Positions 9,005 through 14,728 of a stretch of 32,000 nt of DNA are shown here, piece by piece; position 1 is the stretch's first letter; each line of letters opens with the position of its first letter. The DNA comes from Pasteurella multocida. Its GTDB lineage: Bacteria > Pseudomonadota > Gammaproteobacteria > Enterobacterales > Pasteurellaceae. The stretch lies in the NCBI RefSeq assembly GCF_900187275.1, contig NZ_LT906458.1, positions 480,001-512,000 of the forward strand. Direction: 5' to 3'. Below the pieces are notes generated by a model, which saw only the letters and a program-made list of their open reading frames with translations, did not search any database and was not told the DNA's origin. Made by a program: the position numbers and the translations under genes.

Positions 9005-9358
9005 ATGAAAAAATTTTATTTAATTTTTTTATTATTCCTAAGTGGATGTTTTTATCATGATGGATGTATCTATACTCCTCAGATGGTAAATTGTTTTGTT
9101 GATAAAGGAGATATATTTCCATCAATATCTCGGTATCAAAAGCCTTATAGTCTAGGAAAAACCAATTCAGAACAGCGTTGGAAGGATGTTATGTTTTGTG
9201 GAGGTAAATATGGTGATTATAAATTAGAGAATATAAAAACAGTGGAACAATCGGATAAATTACATCATTGTATGACCCAAAAAGGGTATATCCATTTAAC
9301 TCCCGCAGAATGTGGATACCAAAATCCTAAATGGGATAAAGGCGTTTGTAATTTATAA
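9005..9358 (+). CDS. Small lipoprotein, paralog A (putative immunity lipoprotein)
   Basis: MKKFYLIFLLFLSGCFYHDGC (lipobox LSGC). Shares GDIFPSI.R.QK...GKT...RWKD...CG.KYGD and PAECGYQNPKWDKG(V/I)CNL with the ORF at 9598. Confidence 0.7.
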   Translation: MKKFYLIFLLFLSGCFYHDGCIYTPQMVNCFVDKGDIFPSISRYQKPYSLGKTNSEQRWKDVMFCGGKYGDYKLENIKTVEQSDKLHHCMTQKGYIHLTPAECGYQNPKWDKGVCNL

Positions 9359-9360
9359 GT

Positions 9361-9596
9361 GTTTTGGATTTTACTTTACGAATTTTTTTTGAAAAAAGTT
9401 ACCGCAGGTATGTTTTTAATCAAAGCCCAGGTGGCGCTTGTTGGATGTGTTATTCGCATAGTAGTTATTATGCGGAAGTGCTAAATGAATTCATTATTAA
9501 AAATGGAATTAAAGAGCGTAATTAGCACCGTTTGCGGTGAGTGATTTAATTTCTCCTGATGTTATGGAAATATTATTTAAGTTAGGAGGTGATTAG
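9361..9596 (+). pseudogene. Frameshifted toxin-tail fragment of unknown family (copy 2)
   Basis: Frame 1: ..YRRYVFNQSPGGACWMCYSHSSYYAEVLNEFIIKNGIKERN*. The shifted frame continues APFAVSDLISPDVMEILFKLGGD*. Confidence 0.5.
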
Positions 9597-9597
9597 G

Positions 9598-9969
9598 ATG
9601 AAAAAGTTGTTATTGTTCAGTTTATTATTACTTTTAAATGGATGCCTATATTCTTTTGAAGAGGAGTGTTTTAGACCGTTAATTCAGGTGGGGTCATCTG
9701 CTTGTCATAAGAATAAAGGAGATATATTTCCATCAATAGCACGTTTCCAAAAAGTAGAGAACATCGGAAAAACTGATGCCAAGCAACGTTGGAAAGATGC
9801 GGTTGATTGTGGAAGTAAGTATGGCGATGAAGATTTAATATATATAAATGATAATAATTTATATAGCATTTTTCACTCCTGTATGGTTAAAAAAGGATAT
9901 AAAAAGTTTCATCCCGCAGAATGTGGATACCAAAATCCTAAATGGGATAAGGGTATTTGTAATTTATAA
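9598..9969 (+). CDS. Small lipoprotein, paralog B (putative immunity lipoprotein)
   Basis: MKKLLLFSLLLLLNGCLYSFEEECF (lipobox LNGC). Homologous to 9005-9358. ATG at 9598 is preferred over GTG at 9589. Confidence 0.7.
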   Translation: MKKLLLFSLLLLLNGCLYSFEEECFRPLIQVGSSACHKNKGDIFPSIARFQKVENIGKTDAKQRWKDAVDCGSKYGDEDLIYINDNNLYSIFHSCMVKKGYKKFHPAECGYQNPKWDKGICNL

Positions 9970-10104
9970 GTGTTTTGAATTTTACTTTACAAACTTTTTT
10001 TGAAAAATGTTACCGCTGGTATGTCTGTTTTTAGGGATAAAGATTCGTTCATTTTCTTTAAATTTAGGCACGGTATAAAAGAGCTTGATTATCAAATAAT
10101 AATA

Positions 10105-10182
10105 TCGTGTTCGTGTCCACACGAGTAGGGTTTGATTAAAGTACTCCTCAAAAGCGAGTGCTAGCTGTGGGGTAAACGGTGG
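10105..10182 (+). repeat. Island-specific short hairpin/linker repeat element (one of about 6 copies)
   Basis: tcgtgttcgtgtccacacgagtagggtttgattaaagtactcctcaaaagcgagtgctagctgtgg. Related copies at ~6687-6745, 8163-8228, 11341-11376 (half), 11834-11873 (deleted), 12731-12800. Confidence 0.65.
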
Positions 10183-10243
10183 GAAAGAAAGTAAAGAGTA
10201 TATAAACCAATTGACCGCATAACGTGCGGTCAATTTCTAAGAT

Positions 10244-10450
10244 TTATGAGTTCCAGAAAAATAGACCGAAAAGTGCGGTAAAGGGGTAACGAAACACAAA
10301 AAATAAAAATATGACAGCAAGCTGTGTCATTAAACCCCAGAAAAAAACTTGACCGATTGTTGCACTGCTGAAAATGGCAAAAAGTAAGCCGATTTCATAG
10401 GGTAGCATTGCAATAAACCAGATTAATCCACTTGGATGATCACTTTTCAT
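10244..10450 (-). CDS. Small hydrophobic (membrane) protein, 68 aa, unknown function
   Basis: MKSDHPSGLIWFIAMLPYEIGLLFAIFSSATIGQVFFWGLMTQLAVIFLFFVFRYPFTALFGLFFWNS, with two predicted TM-like stretches. The ATG at 10450 is preferred over the longer track ORF. Confidence 0.45.
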   Translation of the reverse strand: MKSDHPSGLIWFIAMLPYEIGLLFAIFSSATIGQVFFWGLMTQLAVIFLFFVFRYPFTALFGLFFWNS

Positions 10451-10466
10451 TACGGACTCCTTATTT

Positions 10467-10586
10467 ATGGCTGATAACTTAACACTTGTATTGAAAATTA
10501 AAGCAGATTTAAACAATGCGTTGAGCGATTTTAAAGCGCTTAAAACGGAATTGCAACGCGCAGGCGTGGAGTCTATCAGTAAGTAA
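10467..10586 (+). pseudogene. N-terminal fragment resembling a phage tail tape-measure protein
   Basis: MADNLTLVLKIKADLNNALSDFKALKTELQRAGVESISK*. The typical tape-measure start (MA.NLTL.L.I.AD...A...F..L...L...G) stops after 39 codons. Confidence 0.5.
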
Positions 10587-10596
10587 CTCGCCAGTT

Positions 10597-10650
10597 TTTG
10601 CAATCATTTATCATATTCACAAAGCCGTAATGCATATTGGAGAAGGTTAA
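10597..10650 (+). pseudogene. Residual LHH/HNH toxin tail (copy 3)
   Basis: FAIIYHIHKAVMHIGEG*. Matches IHKAVQHIGEG of the 8152-8412 fragment and sits directly upstream of the third SMI1/KNR4 gene. Confidence 0.6.
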
Positions 10651-10671
10651 GTGTAAGTGAAGGAAGATAAA

Positions 10672-11187
10672 ATGAAATTTAGACATTTTGGCATTTATTA
10701 TGATTATGGCGTAGTTTCCCAAGAGATTATTTTAGATTTTGAGGAAACGTTTGGTATTAAATTACCAAAATTGTATATTGAGTTGATCACAAAACATAAT
10801 TCCCCAAGATTGAATAGAGATCATTTCAATTATTATGATTTCTCTACGAGTGAGGAAGAAGGAACGGAATTTATATTCAAAGGATTTGAAACAGAAAGTA
10901 ATAGGCATGCGCCGCCAGAAAATATTTATGCACAATATCTTTATGATGATGAAATATATGGTTATGAACATGTGTATTCTTTTGGCAGTACCGCTAGTGG
11001 TGACTTTGTCTGTTTTGATTACCGAGATAATCCGAAAGGCAGTGAACCTAAAATTTGTCTTGTGATTCATGATGAATATGATGAAGAAACAGGCAAGCAT
11101 TTATTGTTTCCTGTGGCAGAAAATTTTGAGGTATTTTTAGATATGCTTTACGATTTTGATGAACGCTATCCGAATGGTTATGAATAG
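10672..11187 (+). CDS. SMI1/KNR4 (SUKH) family immunity protein, copy 3
   Basis: ILDFEETFGIKLPKLYIELITKHNSPRLNRDHFNYYDF..YGYEHVYSFGSTASGDFVCFDYRDNPKGSEPKICLVIHDEYDEETGKHLLFPVAENFE. Confidence 0.85.
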   Translation: MKFRHFGIYYDYGVVSQEIILDFEETFGIKLPKLYIELITKHNSPRLNRDHFNYYDFSTSEEEGTEFIFKGFETESNRHAPPENIYAQYLYDDEIYGYEHVYSFGSTASGDFVCFDYRDNPKGSEPKICLVIHDEYDEETGKHLLFPVAENFEVFLDMLYDFDERYPNGYE

Positions 11188-11237
11188 GTATTTAAATAAT
11201 GTATTGTATTTTTTAAGCGTTATTTAATAACGTTTTA

Positions 11238-11288
11238 AGTGCGGTCAATTTCAAAAAAGTTTTGCTTTGAGGAATTGACCGTTTTTGT
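11238..11288 (+). terminator. USS-containing terminator repeat, copy 2
   Basis: aagtgcggtcaatttcaaaaaagttttgctttgaggaattgaccgttttt (cggtcaatt ... aattgaccg, T tract). Confidence 0.7.
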
Positions 11289-11386
11289 ATCATGGATATG
11301 ATGTGAGCAATTGATATCCTGTTTGTGTTAACTGGCATGTGGTAAAGCATTCGTCAAAGACGAGCTCTAGTGGTGAGGGACTAATC

Positions 11387-11773
11387 ATGAATGAACTATT
11401 GGACTTTTATAGAAATATAACTTTTTTTGAAGAATATGATGAAAACTCATTCATAGGAAGATGGCTTGATTACTCGGAATGGAATGATAAAGAATATTGG
11501 AAATTAGAGAAAGATTTACTGAAAATTGCTCAAATGTATAGAACTACTAATGAAGTTTTTCCAGATATTTTAATAGGGGTTATGCGTATCATTGAATTAT
11601 TAATGATACCTAACTGGAATAGTTTTATAATATCTAATTCAGAAAGTGTTGATATTTATGATAGATATGAACGATTTAAATATATAATTTCAATACTTTT
11701 CAATAATAAAGATGTTAGACTAGATGGCTTTTCATATACAGAAAAGAATGATGATGTATTTTATAATGAATAG
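11387..11773 (+). CDS. Hypothetical protein, putative orphan immunity protein
   Basis: MNELLDFYRNITFFEEYDENSFIGRWLDYSEWNDKEYWKLEKDLLKIAQMY.. acidic small ORF immediately after a half copy of the linker repeat (VKHSSKTSSSGE). The internal ATG is chosen over 11339. Confidence 0.55.
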   Translation: MNELLDFYRNITFFEEYDENSFIGRWLDYSEWNDKEYWKLEKDLLKIAQMYRTTNEVFPDILIGVMRIIELLMIPNWNSFIISNSESVDIYDRYERFKYIISILFNNKDVRLDGFSYTEKNDDVFYNE

Positions 11774-11954
11774 AAAAATTAAAAGTAAGCTAATTTGTAG
11801 AAATAATAAAAGTCTCGCTTGTATTTTTTCTTTGAGATCGTGCTTGAGTCCACACGAGTGCTAGCTGTAGGCAGAGTGTCTTGGTGATTATAAAAAGTTA
11901 AGGATAGTATTGTTGATATGAAAGAAAAGACTAAATATTCAATGGGGAATCAAA

Positions 11955-12209
11955 GTGATAAAAAATAAATTTTATATTTCTTGGTTAGGATTTTCAATAT
12001 CATTATATGTTTTGCTTTTATGTAGAGATTTGTTTTATTCTCTTTATATGTTTTTTATTATGATGTATTTGTCTTAAAATTTTCTTTTAAGGAGGCGTTT
12101 TTTACTATCTTTATTTTTATTGTGCTATGTTTCATTATTCATTATTCATTATTCATTATTTTATATATAAATATGGTAAAAGGTCTGAATGCCCAAAAAA
12201 GAAACCATT
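11955..12209 (+). pseudogene. Frameshifted small membrane protein remnant
   Basis: Frame 1: (V/M)IKNKFYISWLGFSISLYVLLLCRDLFYSLYMFFIMMYLS*. Overlapping frame 2 continues ..VFYYDVFVLKFSFKEAFFTIFIFIVLCFIIHYSLFIILYINMVKGLNAQKRNH*. Confidence 0.4.
12133..12160 (+). repeat. Four tandem copies of a 7-bp unit (cattatt)x4
   Basis: cattatt cattatt cattatt cattatt, read directly from the sequence. Confidence 0.85.
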
Positions 12210-12271
12210 AAGTGAAAATGTAACATACAATAAAAGGTAGTAGGAATAAATAAAATATTAGGAATAACAGA

Positions 12272-12715
12272 ATGATAAAATATTTAGAGGGAAATATTAA
12301 CTCGTTTATATCGGCATTAGGTAAAAACGAAAGTAATAAAGATATTTTAAAATTAGTAGAAATAGTTTCTTCAGATTTTGAAGTGGATGAACTAAGTCAT
12401 AAAGATGAACACGAGATATATTATTTGTTTTATAAGAGGGGTGTTGAATTTTGTTTTAAAAGAATAGATGAAGAGTATGTCTTATATTCGGTTTTCTTTT
12501 TCTTGGTAGAGGTTGATAATTATTTTTCATGCCCATTTATTCATGAATTAATATGTGATCTTAAACACGGATTCTCAATAGAGGATATTATAAGGTTTTT
12601 AGGGGAGCCAAATTTTAAAGGTAGTGGCTGGGTAAGATATTCTTATAATGGAAGAAATATTCATTTCGAATTTAATGAATCTAATGAATTATCCCAGATT
12701 AGCATTTTTATTTAA
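12272..12715 (+). CDS. Hypothetical protein, putative immunity protein
   Basis: 147-aa acidic ORF (MIKYLEGNINSFISALGKNESNKDILKLVEIVSSDFEVDELSHKDEHEIYYLFYKRGVEFCFKRIDEEYVLYSVFFFL). ATGA overlap with a short upstream frame ending ..VVGINKILGITE*. Confidence 0.6.
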   Translation: MIKYLEGNINSFISALGKNESNKDILKLVEIVSSDFEVDELSHKDEHEIYYLFYKRGVEFCFKRIDEEYVLYSVFFFLVEVDNYFSCPFIHELICDLKHGFSIEDIIRFLGEPNFKGSGWVRYSYNGRNIHFEFNESNELSQISIFI

Positions 12716-12756
12716 TAATTTAGGATTGGGAACGCTCTCGTGTTCACACAAGTGCG

Positions 12757-12894
12757 GTTTGATTAAAGCACTTGTCAAAGGCGAGATCCAGCTGTGGGAG
12801 ATTTGATAGAGAAATGGCTCTCAGGATTGACGTTAGTAGAGGGAGCATAAATCAAGAAAAAACATTTAAAATAGGAACATTAGGTGGTGAGTAA
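12757..12894 (+). pseudogene. Linker repeat plus toxin C-terminal tail fragment of unknown family
   Basis: After a TGA, the continuous frame reads LKHLSKARSSCGRFDREMALRIDVSRGSINQEKTFKIGTLGGE*. Its TAA overlaps the ATG of the next gene (taATG). Confidence 0.5.
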
Positions 12895-13298
12895 TGGAAA
12901 TCACTCGTTTTAAAATCCTACTTATTGCCTTGATTATATTAGGTAATGGGTATGTGTTTCTTGGTGGACCAGCTAAAAAACAATTCGCTATAGAAGCAGA
13001 AACAAGGCGGATTTATCGTACTTTAACGAAAGAAATTATTTTTATGAATGGAGAATATAAACAATTTGGAGGGCGAGTTATTCAAGGATTTACTTTAGTC
13101 ATTTCTTTTTCTCATTCAAGTACAGAAAACCGCATTAAGATTTTAGAAAAAATTAAAGAGATGGGATTTGATTCAAAAAATAAAACATCAAAACCGAGTC
13201 TTCATCTTTTTTGTCAAGGAGAAAGTGGTTTTTTGATCGCAGAAAAACCTGAATTTAGAATAGATTATGAGAAAAAGATGACTTATTGTTTGGAGTAG
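12894..13298 (+). CDS. Small single-TM protein, putative immunity protein
   Basis: MEITRFKILLIALIILGNGYVFLGGPAKKQFAIEAETRRIYRTLTKE.. hydrophobic N-terminus, TAATG-coupled to the upstream toxin-tail fragment. Confidence 0.6.
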   Translation: MEITRFKILLIALIILGNGYVFLGGPAKKQFAIEAETRRIYRTLTKEIIFMNGEYKQFGGRVIQGFTLVISFSHSSTENRIKILEKIKEMGFDSKNKTSKPSLHLFCQGESGFLIAEKPEFRIDYEKKMTYCLE

Positions 13299-13349
13299 CA
13301 AAGGAAGGCAATGATAAGTGTATTTTCTAATCAGATTTAATTTAAGTAT

Positions 13350-13403
13350 TAAAGTGCGGTCAATTTTGAAAACGTTTTACTTTGAAAAATTGACCGTTTT
13401 TTT
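13350..13403 (+). terminator. USS-containing terminator repeat, copy 3
   Basis: aaagtgcggtcaattttgaaaacgttttactttgaaaaattgaccgttttttt. Confidence 0.75.
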
Positions 13404-13417
13404 ACATGAGAGAGTGA

Positions 13418-13774
13418 AAGTACACCACCTTAGGCAATGTGGTTGTGGATAAGGTGATTAAGGAATACCCAAATGGGGGTTATGAAGCGAGGGTGCTGAT
13501 CCCTAACCCGAAAGCGAAAACCGATCCTGATGCGCCGAAATTTTTGGAGAAAAGGGGAAATGAAGGTGTATCCACAATGTTTCCAAGAACATGGACAGAG
13601 GATAGGTTGAAAGTGGAGTTAGAGCATGCGTTTAATAATAGAGTACCAATGGAAAAGTTTGAAAATAAATGGGAAGGTATAACAAAATCAGGCGTGAAAG
13701 TAGAATGGGTTCTGGATAGAAATGGTAAAGTGTTGACTGTTTATCCTTCTAGGAAACAAGGAGTTATAAAATGA
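13418..13774 (+). pseudogene. N-terminally truncated EndoU-type nuclease toxin domain
   Basis: YTTLGNVVVDKVIKEYPNGGYEARVLIPNPKAKTDPDAPKFLEKRGNEGVSTMFPRTWTEDRLKVELEHAFNNR..WEGITKSGVKVEWVLDRNGKVLTVYPSRKQGVIK. STMFP..W(T/S)E and SGV.....G....TVYP are typical of bacterial EndoU (PF14436-like) toxins. Reading frame open 13418-13774; a TGA lies two codons further upstream. Confidence 0.75.
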
Positions 13775-14196
13775 AAGTAAAATTTGGTTATTATGCTTTG
13801 AATGGAGACTGGGATACTTATTGTAAAGTATATGAAAGTGATAATAAGTATGATGATAGTGTTGTTACTGACTATATTGGTACATTAGACGAGCTAAATT
13901 GGATAGATAACATATTACAAATGCTTAAAAATCCATCACTTGATAGAGGGTGGATTGATGCAGAGCCTTTTGAAGCTTTGATAGATCATGATCAAATAAA
14001 AGTGGGTTTCTATTTATTGGATGATATGGAAGAAGAGGACATCCCTGATGATGTTGACGAAAGAGATACCGATCCCCGTTTCATCCCCCGTAAAGAATTT
14101 GCCTATTTACTGGAAAAATGGATCGCTTTTTACCAAAGACCTATTACTGATATGAATTACCAAGAAATTATTGACACCAAGGAGGCGTATTTATGA
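13771..14196 (+). CDS. Putative EndoU-toxin immunity protein, copy 1
   Basis: ATG overlaps the toxin stop (ATGA). MKVKFGYYALNGDWDTYCKVYESDN..EALIDHDQIKVGFYLLDDMEEEDIPDDVDERDTDPRFIPRKEFAYLLEKWIAFYQRPITDMNYQ. Confidence 0.7.
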   Translation: MKVKFGYYALNGDWDTYCKVYESDNKYDDSVVTDYIGTLDELNWIDNILQMLKNPSLDRGWIDAEPFEALIDHDQIKVGFYLLDDMEEEDIPDDVDERDTDPRFIPRKEFAYLLEKWIAFYQRPITDMNYQEIIDTKEAYL

Positions 14197-14323
14197 CTGT
14201 GATTGTGGGTGGATATTCCACCTTAGGCAAGGTGATAAAAGAATAATAAAATCAGGTGTTGAAGTGATATAACATTTTGATAAAATAATAATATTTCAAC
14301 AGTTTATCCAGTAATAAATTGAT
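14193..14323 (+). pseudogene. Second EndoU toxin remnant with the middle deleted
   Basis: MTVIVGGYSTLGKVIKE* then, in the shifted frame, IIKSGVEVI*HFDKNNNISTVYPVIN*. Matches the start (YTTLGNV..VIKE) and end (TKSGVKVEWVLDRNGKVLTVYP) of the 13418-13774 fragment. Confidence 0.7.
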
Positions 14324-14335
14324 GGAGATAATAAA

Positions 14336-14728
14336 ATGAAAGTTCTTTTTAGTTATGGCACATATAATAATCGCCCACATAAAGCTTGCTGCGTTTATGA
14401 AAGTAATAATCGGGAAAATGATGAGGTGATTATTGATTATCTTAGCACGTTGGAACGTTTAAGTTGGATGAGTAAGGTATTAGAGATGCTTCGAGATTCA
14501 ACGATTACTCGGGATTGGATTAGTTCGCAGTCATTTGATGCCTTGATAGATCATGATCAAATAAAAGTGGGTTTCTATCTGTTAGATGATATGGAAGAAG
14601 AGGACATCCCTGATGATGTTGATGAGAGAGATACCGCTCCCCGTTTCATTCCCCGTAAAGAATTTGCCTATTTGCTAGAAAAATGGCTGGATTTTTACCA
14701 CAGACCTATTACTGATATGAATTACTAA
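14336..14728 (+). CDS. Putative EndoU-toxin immunity protein, copy 2
   Basis: MKVLFSYGTYNNRPHKACCVYESNN..DALIDHDQIKVGFYLLDDMEEEDIPDDVDERDTAPRFIPRKEFAYLLEKWLDFYHRPITDMNY. Paralog of 13771-14196. Confidence 0.7.
   Translation: MKVLFSYGTYNNRPHKACCVYESNNRENDEVIIDYLSTLERLSWMSKVLEMLRDSTITRDWISSQSFDALIDHDQIKVGFYLLDDMEEEDIPDDVDERDTAPRFIPRKEFAYLLEKWLDFYHRPITDMNY

Noticed and set aside
10202-10225. Inverted repeat aattgaccgcataacgtgcggtcaatt considered as a CRISPR or att-type repeat
   Set aside because: It is a single USS-related palindrome without spacer periodicity or a T tract; likely a terminator relic.
9982-10233. Minus-strand 83-aa ORF
   Set aside because: Composed of duplicated intergenic sequence and the linker repeat in antisense, with no RBS or family signal.
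8531-11100. ORFs 8531-8812(-), 8547-8807(+), 10762-11100(-), 10835-11065(+)
   Set aside because: Alternate frames of SMI1/KNR4 genes. Their mutual similarity only reflects the paralogy of the real genes.
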